From Camelus ferus (Eukaryota), in assembly GCF_009834535.1 (NCBI RefSeq), contig NC_045697.1:23128001-23192000 (forward strand): a DNA stretch of 64,000 nt. Direction: 5' to 3'. This document shows positions 12,620-25,368 of the stretch, in pieces. Under the pieces are notes generated by a model, which saw only the letters and a list, made by a program, of their open reading frames with translations, was not told the origin of the DNA and did no database searches. How positions within the stretch are numbered: position 1 is the stretch's first letter; every line of letters begins with the position of its first letter. The position numbers were made by a program, and so were the translations under genes.

Positions 12620-14130
12620 CAACCAAGTGATTTATTTCTCAAATATAAAACTGGTACAAATAGAGTTTCTGGTGACTATACATAAACTTTTAATTAATAG
12701 CTCCAAATATATCCAATGTGTTCCCAATTTTCTCTCAAATCATTTATAACTTAACATATCTTATTATCAGAACAGTATAAGAAATGAAAATTAAATAGTG
12801 GTTTCCTTCATGAACATGGAATAAAAAAAGCATGAACTTATTATTAATAAACCAAGAAAATTAGTCCAAGAAAATATGCTATCTATAGCATATAAATATT
12901 ATGAAGATCAAGTTAAGCTTATAGGAAATACTTAACATCAATTAACTTTAGAAAATCAGTCTATGCAGTCCATCAAATTAACAGTTAAAAGAGAAATGTT
13001 ATATGATAATCTCAATAGATGCAGAATAAGTGATTGATGAAATTCAACCTCCATACTTAATTAGACCTTCTAGCAAATCAGTAACAGAAGGGGACTTTTT
13101 TGCATTGATAGAGATTTGTTTGTAAGGGTAAGTTAACTCCTTTAGAAAACTATCACCAAATTTAAGTGATTAAAGAATATAATTTTTCTTGTTTGTATAA
13201 TAGTTAAGTATACAGGCTCCTTATCAGAGGATTCTTCTGGGAGGCTCTTCTCAAAGTGGGGATTTAGGAACCCTGTTCTATTTTATTATATTTCTCAAAC
13301 ATACTCTATGCTCTTTACTTTCAATTTCAAGAAACAAAGAAACAAAATGATTATGTTAGCTCTCATGTGCTAAGCCACAGAGTGGAGCACATCACTTACT
13401 CTATAACCATTTAGACCAAAGTAAGTTTCTCCCAAGGTTAAGTAAAACTGGTACATGTACAATAGCTCTGTGCCCAATTAGAAGAGAGGATACAATTTTG
13501 AATGCCTAGCAATTGCAGCCACAAACTAGATCTACAACATAACTAGAGAAAATATCATACTTGTTAATAAAATATTTAAACTTTCATTTTGAGATGTGAA
13601 CAAGATATGGACATCCGCCATCAACATTTCTATTCAACATTGGGTTGGAGATCTTAACTAGTGATAGGTCATGAAAAGGGAAACAATAGGTGTAAGACCT
13701 GAAAAGGAAGGAATGCACAGTCATTTTTCTCATTAAAAAAAAAAATCACCAAATTGAACTTGAGTTTTAACATAATCTGAAAGACAAAAAATTTTGTGAA
13801 ATTGACATTAGTAATTATATTAAATTCAATAGTCAAGGATAGAAAAGACAATATTGAAGTGAAAAATGAGGATGAGAGATTTCTCTATGAGATACCAAGA
13901 CATTATAAAGCTACAAAAATTAAGGTGGAGTGTTGCTGGAGCTGAAAGAGAAAGAAAAGAATCAATCACTGAAATAAAACAAACAACCCAGAAACCACCC
14001 ATAACATATAGTCTTTGAATGATGAAAAGATGATATTATAGAAAAGTGGAGACAATGCTTGTTTTAATAATTTGTAATGGATTATATATGTATGTACACC
14101 CATTTGATACCCTTACCCTACACCACAAAG
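12620..14130 (+). mobile_element. Old L1 ORF2 RT-region fragments, interrupted by a MaLR LTR
   Basis: atgataatctcaatagatgcagaataa ([12 protein letters not shown]) and catttctattcaacattgggttggagatctt ([13 protein letters not shown]). Heavily degenerate. Confidence 0.7.
13121..13523 (-). mobile_element. Old MaLR LTR (MLT1J/K-like)
   Basis: TG...CA bounded segment interrupting L1 ORF2. MLT1-like motifs caccaaatttaagtgattaaag, agagtggagcacatcactt and ...gccaca. Confidence 0.5.
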
Positions 14131-14854
14131 AAGCAAAAAGTTAATCATTTAAAATATTTACTAGCACAATTAATAACCTTAAACATGTGGATGTATGTCT
14201 ATCCACCTTGTAAGAAGAAACACTTACAAAATTGACAGAAATTGAATAAACACTATTTGTAAGTTTAATTTTTACAAACTTCAAAAAATTAAGATAGCAC
14301 AGAGATCATTTTTCTAATAAAAATGCAATAAATATCACCTTAATATTAAATGCATATATATTTAATACATATACATTAGCATATGTATTAAAATATTTTA
14401 TATATTAAAATAATTAACTTAAAATTCATAAATATATATATTTATATTAAAATAATTAAAAATTAAATCTCTATCACCAACTTATTTTCCGCTGTATTTT
14501 TATTATGCACTGTTGTTCATAAATACTGAAAGGGAAACTTAACACACGGAAAACTTTCATACATCCTAATAAAGACACTTGTTTTATTCTTACTTATTTA
14601 ACAACAGAAATTAACATTATAAAATAGATTTGATTAAACCTTGATTAAAAACTTTGATAAAGAAGACTTTCTGATTAGAAAAAAAAAGTATGTTTATCCA
14701 TGTAATTTTATGAAATCTGGGAGAAAGAGAGCCATGATAATAGTCAATTCCTGTGTCTTAGTAATGCCAAACTAGTTTCTGTTGGTTTCATTATGCACTT
14801 GAAGTGAAGAACAAACATTCCACAGCTTATCCTAAAGTCACTCTTCTTTTCATT

Positions 14855-16730
14855 TTTGAAAAATTAAGACTTTACTTCCCAGAGAAGTTTAAGGTTTACA
14901 GAAAAATTAACAGGAAGTCCAAATAGTTCCCATATACTCCCAATACCCCCCAACACAGTGCCACCTACTGTTAACATATTGCGCTGATGTGGTATGCTTG
15001 TTACAACTGAAAAACCAACACTAATGTATTATTATTCACTAAAGTCCATAGTTTATGTTGGAATTCACTTTTTATACTGATGAATTCTGTAAGGTCTGCC
15101 AAATGCATAAATGTCATGAATCCACCATTACAGTGTCAAACAGAAAAGTTTCACAACCCTAAAAATCCCCTATACTATACCTATTAATCCTTCTTTCCCT
15201 CCCTGTAATCTCTGGCAACCACTCATCTTTTACAGTTTTGCCTTTTCCAGAATGTCACGTGCTTGAAATTATTCACTACGTAGCCTTTTCAGGGTGGCCT
15301 CTTTCTCTTAGCAAGAAGCATTTAAGTTTCCACCATTTGTGTGGGATGTGTGTGTGTGTGTGTGTGTTTGTGGCATAATAGCTCATTTCCCTTTGTTGCT
15401 GAGTAATATTGCTTTGTATGAATGTACCACAGTTTATTTATCCATTCATCTATTGAAGGATATCTTGGTTGCTTCCAACTTTTGGCGATTAACAATAAAG
15501 CTTTTATTAATTTATACGTAGGTTTTTTGGAAGACATGCATTTTCAACTCATCTGGGTAAATACCTACCACAGTGATTGCTACATTCTATATTTAGCTTA
15601 TGTTTAGGTTCATAAGAAACTGGTACAAGTTGTATTCCAAAGAGGCTTTACCAATTTGGTATGTTCTTAGCATATTAATCACAGTCATTTTAAATTCCTG
15701 TTCTGATAATTCAAAGAAAAAACTCTTGCCATATCCGAGTTTGGATCCTGATGCCTGCTTCATTTCCTCAAACTGTATTCCTGTATCTTAGCCTGCCTTG
15801 CTATTTTTTGCTCAAAGCCAGACTTGATGTATCCAGTAAAAGAATTGAGGTAGATAGGTCTTTTATGTGAGATTTTTCTGCTTATCTGGCTAGGGGTTAG
15901 GAGGTGTTTACTGTTTGCTTTACCCGTCAGTGTCAGAGGCTAAAACTTCCTCTAATATCTTTGTTTGTATCTCTCTTGTTTTCTTTGGATTTTCCTAGAG
16001 AGTCCTTAAATAGGGTCGGAGACTTAGATGTGGCTTTGTTTGTTTGTTTGTTTAATCTGTAATCCCCTGTTGTTAGAAAGGATACTTACTGATATGGTGG
16101 TTTAAGTGTTAGGAGAGGGGAGTGCTCTACAACCCTAAAATTTGGTAAGTGTCTTACTGAACCTGAGTTGGGTATCTCCCTTTCTCCACGTCAAAGGCTG
16201 GAGTTGGATTTTTCTCTTCCCACAGGTTGGGTCGTCTTTGGTAAAATCTCAGTTGGTCAGGCTCTCATAAAACATTCTCCTTAAATGGTAAGTCTCGTTA
16301 AGAAAAGCAGAGGGCATTATACTATCTCAAATCGGCTCCTTCCTCTCCAATCTCTGCTGGAACCAGGAGGTTTGTCTCGCGTGTTCAGAGTGAGAGTCTG
16401 GTAGCCCTCCTGGTGGTTAACGCCTGAAATTCTGGAGGCCTCCCTAAGGCTGGGCCCCTCGAAGTCTTTTAAGTCCCAAACTGGTTTGCACTAAGCCTCC
16501 AGCAATTTATCACTTAGAGTTTAGCGTTCCAGCTGTGGGCTTCTGTGGGGGGCTTCTCTCATAAGCTCTGGTTCTCTGTGCTGGTCTGTCTCTCCAATTT
16601 TTACAGCAGAAGTTTGCCCTGGGACCTCAATTATCTGATGGATCTAAGAGCTGTTGATTTTCAGTTTGTTTAGCTTTTTCTGGTTGTAAGGAGCGGGTGA
16701 TGACTTCCAAGCTCTTTATATGACAGACTG
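14855..16730 (-). mobile_element. L1MC-type LINE with large internal deletion (5' UTR and ORF1 start joined to ORF2 end and 3' UTR)
   Basis: 14855-15658 is the L1MC 3' UTR and ORF2 end (minus ORF SWKQPRYPSIDEWINKLWYIHT). Reverse complement of 15661-15712 encodes ELSEQEFKMTVINMLRT, an L1 ORF1 N-terminal motif. A (TG)n microsatellite lies at ~15347-15367. Confidence 0.75.
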
Positions 16731-17489
16731 GAGTTTGGTAGCTTTAGAGGTAGAAGTAATATATTATCTTTTTCTACAGATTCTCCATTTACAATGAGAA
16801 TTTTGTGCCATTTTCCATCTTCCTGCTTTTATGGCAAATGGAACTTTGGGATAATCGAACATGTTTCTCATTGTATAAGTTGATAAATCTAATGACTATT
16901 TTGATTTACCTCAGATTTGATTTGAATTAATTCAGTGAACACTACTTTATGGAATCAGAAAAGTATCTTAGGAAAATATTGTTCAAAGGGTGTGTGTGTG
17001 CACGTAAAGTTAAGAGTGTTTATGTGTACTTCTTTTTAAACAGCATAATTATAAATTCAGCAATTTAAGAAAAACTTAATCTACAATGAAATATTTCTCA
17101 AAGCTTGTAATGTATGTGTATTTTGACATATGATTAAAAACTCACAAATATATCCAATAAAATAATAACTGATTTGCCTCCATTTTTATTTAGATCCCTA
17201 AAATGCAGAAGTAAATTATTTACCTATTCTGTTATGGCTTTTTATGGTTCTAGTCTGGCCCTTTATTTGCTGAAATCACATATTTCCCTATACCATATTT
17301 TCAATTAAAAGGAAGTAACTCTAAAATACATTTATGCAAATGGAGTTTGAGAAGAATTTTTTTTAAACAAAAATGAAATTAGAAAAGAATGAAAATGAAA
17401 TGCTGCTTTGCTTTGAAACAAAGTGAAAGACAAATCTAACATGATTCTGAAACAGAATAGAAGAAATAGAGATTTTTTTTTAAAGATAA

Positions 17490-17720
17490 TACAAAGTGCC
17501 CAGAGGACTAAATTATGGTGGTAGGGGTTAGGGAGGATGTTTTTTCGGGGAGTGAGGGCAGCTCAAGGAAAAGTTTTTTGGAGTAAATGATCTTTGAGTT
17601 TAAGTTTGGTGTCACTGCAAAGGAGATTAAGCAAAAAGAACAGTCCAGGCAGAAGGAACTGAATCTCTTGGGGTTGAGGCAGAGAAGGACCGGGCACCTA
17701 AGGATGAGCACCTTAGACTC
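17490..17720 (-). mobile_element. L2 fragment
   Basis: caaggaaaagttttttggagtaaatgatctttgagtttaag...ccaggcagaaggaac is typical reverse-strand L2 3' region. Confidence 0.6.
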
Positions 17721-17999
17721 TGGGAGCTGTGGAGGAGGAAGGGGCATTGGTGACCTTTACTCCACAGGAAAACATGTTGTTGTAGCTCTCGCCAAATGTT
17801 GCAAACACCTCAAATTTATCCAACTGCCAAATTGCTCTGATCATGGTTTGACAGCAGACGGTGGCCCCAGCTCCTGCACCTCTCATGCAAAACAGCTCCA
17901 CGACATTCTTTCCTCCATTCTCAGAGTCACAGAAGAGCACTTTATTGTTTCAGAGGGGGAAAAATCAGGCTTTCTCAGAATTGAAACATCTGCTTTTTG

Positions 18000-18945
18000 A
18001 AAGATACATTTAAAGAAAGTGAATAGGCAAGCAATAGAGTGGAAGAAATGTTTATAATACATATGTCTGAATTCCAAAATATGTATTGTGCATAAAGCAA
18101 AAAAATAAAAACAAGCAAACAAACAAACCTCCAATGTTAAAAAGACAAACTAGAAAATGAACCACAGCAACAACAATTAAAATGATCTGGAGAAACACTT
18201 CACCAAGGAGAATGGAAAATAGGTAAATATGAAAAAGTATTCAACATCTTCAGTGAAATGCAATTAAATCCATAACAAGATAGTGCAACACAACCATCTG
18301 AGTGATGCTGAGGAATGTAACAGAATTCTCCTACATAGAGTGTAAAACAATCATTATAGAAAACAGTATGATAATTTATTATAAAGTTAAAAATATATCT
18401 TTCTTATAACTCAACCTTTCCAATGCTAAGTGCTTATCCAGGAGAAATGAAATCATACACCAATATAAAAATTTTACAATAATATTTCTAGCCAATTCTT
18501 TCATAATCACCAAAAAAACAGAGAACAACCCAAATATTCATCATTAGGTATAGATAAATAAAATGTGTGTATTCATACAATGGACTACAATTCTGGAATA
18601 AAAAGGACAAGTCACTGATTCATGCAGTAACATGTATAAATCCCAAGGCATTAAGCTGCGTAAAAGACACCAGAAGCAGAAGAGTTCGTACTTTATCATT
18701 CTATTTATCTGAAGTTTAAAACTGACGAAGCTGTTATGTGGTGAAAGAAGGCAGAATAGAAGTTGCTTCTAGGGATTTGGTGAGAATGGGGAGATTACCG
18801 AATGGAAACTGAGACAAAGGGTGTTATGTCTATATTTTAATAAAAGCACACTTTGCATGGGTGTATGCATCCATCAAAACCTATAGTGCTTTTATTTAAT
18901 ATCTGTTCATTTCAAAGTACATAACATATGCTTCAAAAAAGAAAA
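18000..18945 (+). mobile_element. Old L1 (L1ME/MC-type) ORF2 end and 3' UTR
   Basis: aaagtgaataggcaagcaatagagtggaagaaa; aaatgcaattaaatcc; tatccaggagaaatgaaa; attcatacaatggactac. Confidence 0.8.
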
Positions 18946-19079
18946 GCATTGGGAAGATATTTCAGTAGGGACATTTCAAGAAAAGTGCTCCTGAAAGACC
19001 AATTAAGATGAAAACACAGCTGCCCGCTGGGTTTCTGTGCTCTTCTTCAAGTCCAAAACCCACACTTACACATTACATC

Positions 19080-20070
19080 CCATCTGTGCTGTCCTCCACA
19101 GGGATATTTCTCAGGCAATTTTCCCATCTCTCCTCTGATCCATTTTTTCCCCTTTTTTTACTGACTCCTTAACCTCAGCATAAAACACGCCCTAATTTCT
19201 CTAACCCAAGAAAAAAAGTTACCTCCCTACAGCTTCATATCTTACTTGTGTTCACATTTCCCACATTAAGCCTGAAATTTTCCCCTGAATCCAGTCTCCT
19301 CGTCGAACTGAAGTTGGGAATACCATATTCTCCATTGATAACAAGGAGATCATTTAATTGTCCTTGATTTTTTCCTCTCACACTCTATGTCAATTTCTTC
19401 AGCAAATCCTGTTGCCTCAACCTTGAAAATACATCCAGTTTCTTTCAATGACTTACTACCTGCATCCATCCCAAACAGTGGGACCAAAGGCAGTGCTGTC
19501 TAGATTCTTGATTATCCCACAGCCTCCTGACTGGCTTCCCTGCTTCCAGCCTTCTCCCCTCTGTCTGTTGTCAGTACAGGAGCAGGATAATCTCCTCACC
19601 GTGTCACTCCGCTGTTCCAGATTCTCCAGCTGCAGTGTAGAGCTGACACTAACTTCATGGCATAAAATGCTTCTTCCATCTGAGATCTTTTCCATCCTAG
19701 ACATGCCTTCAACTTCAATGAGCCTTACTGTCACCCTTGCTTTCTCTTGCGCCATAGTTTTTAGTAGTTTTCTCCATTACCTCCTTCAAGACTTTGATCA
19801 AATACCTCCATCTCAGTGAAAGCTTTCTGGCAATGTGTTCACAGAGGATGTGGGCTGGGGAGGTAGTGAGGGTGAGTCCCTATCTCCATTCTCTGCTTTA
19901 TTTTCTTCCATAGCATTCATCCTCTTTTAACATAATCATTTAAAAATTTTTATTATTTAGCTCTCCAAGTGAAATATAAGCTCCATGAAGCCAGACATTT
20001 TTGTTTTATCCCTAGCATTCAGAATTATGCCTCACATATAATAATCACTTAATAAATATTAATTCAGTAA
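19080..20070 (+). mobile_element. L2 LINE fragments with 3' end
   Basis: cagcaaatcctgttgcctcaaccttgaaaatacatccag; agcctcctgactggcttccctgcttcc; ends ccctagcattcagaattatgcctcacatataataatcacttaataaatatt. Confidence 0.8.
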
Positions 20071-20577
20071 GTCAGTTTTGAAAAATTGTTGATATTCTTT
20101 TGATTCATCTAAGATTGACATGTAGTTCTATCCTTGCAATTTGAAGTTATAGTCATGCTTTCTGAATTCTATTGAACCTGCAACAAAACTTAGAATGTGT
20201 TTATACATGATTTAGCATTTTCAGTGAGAGCTCTAAACATTAAAAATAATCAGAAGCCTTATTTTCAAAGAACATTTACAATGGCCTGTTGTTTAAATGT
20301 TTATATATATAAATGTTTATATATAATATGTATATGTATATATAATATGTATATATTGTAATATTACCATATATTATATGACATTATCATATATATTTTA
20401 ATTATTTTATTTAAGTTGGTAGTATACTTAGCATCAGAGAAAATGCTTTCTTTTTTTCTTCATCTCTAACTTCCTCAAATGAAATCCAAAGTAATTTTTA
20501 TTGCAAATTGAATAATATTTTAAGGAATCAAATTGGTCCCTCATCAGGGAAAACATGGCAGGAAAGTTGAAATATTT

Positions 20578-20704
20578 TTTTTTTTGGGGGGGGTGGGTAG
20601 AAGTTAGGCTGATTTATTTATTTTTAGAGGAAGTACTGGGGATTGAACCCAGGACCTTGTATATGCTAAGCATGCAGCCTACCACTTGAGCTACACCCTC
20701 CCCC
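20578..20704 (-). mobile_element. tRNA-Ala-derived SINE (camelid vic-1-like)
   Basis: Reverse complement ggggagggtgTAGCTCAAGTGGtaggctgcatgcttagcatatacaaggtcctgGGTTCAATCCCcagtac carries Pol III A and B boxes, a tRNA-Ala(AGC)-like body and an A-rich tail. Perfect 10-bp TSD TGAAATATTT at 20568-20577 and 20705-20714. Confidence 0.92.
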
Positions 20705-21295
20705 TGAAATATTTATTATCTCTTTTAAAATCGGACACCTGAGCAGCATAAGTAGAAACAGGTAGCTTTGCTGAAGGCTACAAAGTAGTACATCTGAGTG
20801 CCTAAAGGTAAACACTAGAAATCTCCTCTTTTCCCTAGAAAGAATGAAAAAAAAAAATCAAATCATGCTCTGTATGACATTGTCTTCTTGCCCAGTTATG
20901 ACTTTTAACCAACATGTTGAGCCATGTTTGTGGGATATCTGTATTCATTTGAAGGAAATGGATAGCACTGTGGTGCTTTTAGGTAGGCTGGGTTTCTTTA
21001 TCTCCGCCATAAATTTACGTGCTGTTAAATATACCAGATACATGGCTTATAGTAGTAAGCATCAAGTTTCTTTAAACCTACATGTCAAAAAACCAGGAAC
21101 CCACAACAAACTGAAGTACTGGAGAAATGATTCAAATCTTTGGCCTGAAGGTACAAAGATACTTGTAACCTCTATTAGTCAGTGCAACTTGGAAGTAACA
21201 GGAAACAACAATGTAAATTATTTATGTTACAATGCTTTGTATGATTTATTTGGATTTTCCAAAAATACCTAGGTTAACATTTACAACCATTTTTA

Positions 21296-22500
21296 CATTT
21301 TCTTTTTTTTAATATAGTTTATTTTTTAGAGCAGTTTCAGGGTCATAGCAGAACTGAGTAGAAAATACAGAGAGTTCCTACATAGCCCTTCCCACCCACA
21401 TATATATACTTCCCTACCCTCAACATCCACCATCAGTGTGGCATATTTGGTACAACTGATGAACTAACTTGGACACATCATTATCAACCAAAGTCCATAG
21501 TTTTCTTAAGGTAATCACTTACAACATCTATAAACTGATTCTAAAGCTTAGGAAAGGCAAAAAATCTCAATACAGCCAACACAATATTGAAGAAGAACAA
21601 AGTTGGACAACTGACATACTGAACATTCAGACTGATAAATCTGCAGTAATCAGGACAGTGTTGTACTGGTATTGGTGAAAGAATAGACAATTAGATGAAT
21701 AGAACAAAACAGGGAACCCAGAAATAGACTCATAAATACAGTCAACAGATTTTTGGAATTGAATCAAAGGACATATAATGGTGCAAATACAGTCTTTTCA
21801 ATAATTCGTTCTGGAAAAACTGGATACCCCAATGCAAACAAAATAAATAAATCTAGACACAGGCCTTATACTTTCCACAAAAATTAACCCAAAATGGATA
21901 GCAGACCTAAAAGTAAAACAAAACTATGAAAGTCTTAGAAGATGACATAGAAGAAAACCTAGGTGACCATGGGTATAGTGATACTTTTTTAGCTAGAACA
22001 CCAAAGGCACAGTCCCGGAAAGAAAGAATCCTAAAATTAAAAAAAAAAAAAAGCAAAACAAAACAAAACAAAAAAAAGCTTTTACTATTAAAAAGACAAT
22101 AACAAGAGAATTAGAAGACAGACAAGCCGCAGTCTGAAACAAAATATTTCCTAAGTACACATTTGATTAAAGGCTGATAACAAAAATATATAAAGAACCC
22201 TCAAAACTCAAGAGTAAGAAAAAAACACCTGATTAAAAAATTGACCAAAGACCTTAACAGACACTACAGAAGTCATACAGATGACAAACGAGCAAACGAA
22301 AGATGTTCCACATCATATGTCATTGGTGAAGAGTAAATTAAAACAACATAACATAATGTTTACACAGCTTTATTCATCATTGCCAAAACTTGGAGGCAAC
22401 CAAGAAGTCCTTCAGGTACATGGATAAACAAACTGTGGTACAGACAACAGAGTTATCCAGAACTAAAAAGAAATGAGCTATCAAGCCATGAAAAAAATAA
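21296..22500. mobile_element. L1MC-type LINE with 5' inversion: 3' UTR on - (21296-21520) abutting ORF2 segment on + (21521-22500)
   Basis: T-rich tail, then ttttagagcagtttcagggtcatagcagaactgagtagaaaatacagagagttcc (3' UTR, -). Switches immediately to aaactgattctaaag...gcagtaatcaggacagtgttgtactgg...aaatgagctatcaagccatg (ORF2, +). Confidence 0.75.
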
Positions 22501-22659
22501 ATATGAGTAACTGCTGGTATCGTTTGGTGCCCTTCCTTCATTCATGCTAAAATGCTCGCACTTTTACTTTGCTTTTGCACCATCAGTGCAAATGTCTACA
22601 CAGTCATTTCAATAAAAGAAAAAAGATCTTAATATTATTTTAATCAGGATTTAAACTCT

Positions 22660-22960
22660 AATCAGGATTTCACATCTACTATTCCACCAAAACTGTCCTT
22701 GTCAAGATCACTAATGACCAGCATGAGGCTAAATCCAAGAATTATACTGAATCTTCACCTTCTCCCATGGCTGGATTCCCCCTTGTCCTTTCATATATAT
22801 TCTTCTCATGACTTTCAAAACAACTATCCTTTTAATTTTTCTTCTGCCTCACTGGTACCTCCAGTTCAGTTTCCTCTTGTCATTTAGCCTCTGTTATCTA
22901 TTCACTGTCTTAATTTTGGAAAGCTTCATAGTTCAGTTTCTTCATAGTTCAAGAGTCCTC
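22660..22960 (+). mobile_element. L2 ORF2 fragment
   Basis: ttccaccaaaactgtccttgtcaagatcactaatgacc (STETAL.KV.ND-like L2 RT motif). Confidence 0.65.
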
Positions 22961-25368
22961 AATTCCTACTAATTCCGATGGTCCCCAAGAATATATTGGG
23001 GGTCCAAAAAGCCTAGTCTGTTTTCATAATATTAGTTATGCCTAACTTCAGCATTGTTCAAGAGTCAACTCTATATCACATCCTACATTCTGCAGGGAAA
23101 CCCAAAGTAAATGTACATGGATAGTTTTTCTGCTCATTTAAAATGGGACTTACATGACGGTGAGAGATTTTACAATGTGCTGTGGTTACTGAGAAGTGAG
23201 AAAGGCCACACATACACTTTACTTTTAGAGTCCAGAAGATGCACAAATACTGTTTTTTCTTACATTTCCTATTATTTTAAGAAACAAATTTAAATGTCCA
23301 AACACTATTTCAAAATATTTTATCACTATTATTTTTTTTCAACTTACATACATATATTACCTGGGTCATTTAGAAGATTATAGTTATATTTGCTACCAGT
23401 GTTTTTGATTATAGTGTTTGGTACTGTTCCCATTTTTCACTATTTTGTAACTAAAATTGCCTTTGCTTCCTCAATCTTTGTTTTTCTCATTCACCAATGA
23501 AATTAACTATATATATTGAAGGTTAAAGTTTAAAGCCTTACGTTTACTATTTTCAGAATAAAATTTTACTAATAACTTGGATAAGTAAAGGACAGGCTAT
23601 AAATAAACATGCTCCTTCTTTGCAACAAAGATCATAAAACATATGTTAGAAAAAGGCAAGGGCCCTTCAGGCCTCTCTTGTAAAACAATTTTCCTAAGAC
23701 AACAGGTTTCCATTCTCATGACTCTTCAGTTTTATTTACAGATCACGGGCACTGAAATGTAAATAACTTTGCCAGTAGAAGAGTTTCTGGAGACCCGGGC
23801 TCTTAATCTGACTTTAGTTGGATGTCTTAGGAGATCTTAGATTATTTGAGACACCTGAAGCCAAAGTACGAGCCATGGTTGTCCTTCGCTCAGAAATCTA
23901 GGTTAGGAAGTGCCGAAGGTGTGGGGTTGGGGGCGCTGCTCGTGAATATCACGAGTTTTTCTGGCCTGTGATTCAGCATGGGTTCCCGGCTGTTTCTTTG
24001 TTGTCGGCTACAGAAAGTGGGCTGCTTCTGTTATGTACCAATGTTGACGCTTTCCAGAGCTTCTGACAGAGGTGAAGAAATAAATGGTTTGCAGTGGGTA
24101 CTTTAAAGGGACTCTCATGTTGGCATGACCACTTTATGGTTTTAACAGAGAACTATTCAGTTAATAATATCATTTTTATCTTGAGTTTCCTGCATTGTTG
24201 AACTAAATATAAAGAGCCTTTTGGAACAAAGCTGTGCATCAGCTTTGACTTTGCCTTTTATGTGAGTAGAGCTAACTCTGGTAGGTTATGAATTCATTAG
24301 GTAAATTGGCATGGCAACTGGTTGTGTTCTATTGAAGAAGAAGAAAACACTGGAATGAAAATTCTGTGAAATGCTGATGTTCTCTTTTTTTTTTTTTTTT
24401 TCTTTTTTGAACAATGTTCAAGTAAAGCCATGAAGCAGCATAAGTTAAAGGTGACTCTTTTCCTCCAAATATTGAATCCCTTGATTTTTGCTTTTAGGCA
24501 ATTGAAAATTTTCTGGCAAATTGAAATCAAAAGGGATTTATTACCCAGTGTTAGGAGGATGCAAAATCATTGGACGTATATTAAAACAAAGGTTCTGGCC
24601 ACACTTTCAGGAATGATTTCACCTTCCAGATAAAACTGCTTGAGCCAGGATCACAGCATCCATTGCAGAAAACAAACAAGCAAACACAAAACTTGGAATC
24701 AGAGAGCAGAGACGACACACTGCACTGTTTCTTTCCTGATCTGGTCAATGCAAGAGACACCTCAGCTTCCCCCTCCCTGTTCCCTTAATTCAAATCTGAA
24801 TTGATGTCATGTGAGTAAGCTAAAGTGTACCCAGAAAACTAGCTGCAGAGGCATTTGGGAAATAGAGTTTTAGATTCTTAGCGCCTCCTATACATGAATG
24901 CACGCTCAAAGAAAATTCAAATAGGTCTCCAGCATCAATCTACATTACATATCTGTCACATCTCTAAAAATACTTCTATAAAATTTACTATAAATTGGAA
25001 TTAAGCATATGAGACTCTGGTTTCACTTATTTACATTATATGATAAATGATGAGCTCCTGTGAGGAACAGAAAAAAAAATCATATCAAATTTTATACTAT
25101 AAGAGGCAGATAGTCCTTGTTGCCCTAATTTCCTTAATGCTTTTATTTTTGAGTGAATATGATCATCTTTGCTATTTATATAACATAGAACTAGGAAAAT
25201 TCACTGCCGTAATTTTTGGTGCTTGTTCATTTTATTTTGACTAAATGATGTTAAAGTTTTCATGGGCACAGTAACTGGGGCCTAGGACTTTCATTAAATG
25301 AGAAATATCTTATTTCTAAGTAAAAGAAAATAAACATTATTATACCATAATATTCTTTTTCTCATCTA

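Noticed and set aside
14340..14470. AT-rich quasi-palindromic stretch (similar at 20295-20400)
   Set aside because: Low-complexity TA-rich sequence; self-complementarity is expected from composition.
19448..19819. Overlapping 123-aa and 99-aa ORFs
   Set aside because: Both lie within an L2 fragment.
20630..20704. tRNA-Ala gene
   Set aside because: It has a SINE tail and TSD, disrupted stems, and a second dispersed copy in this window.
20844..21272. 142-aa ORF
   Set aside because: No recognisable homology or splice structure; compatible with chance.
22975..23400. Possible Charlie1-like hAT remnant
   Set aside because: Only one short motif resembles the consensus; no TIR pair or 8-bp TSD found.
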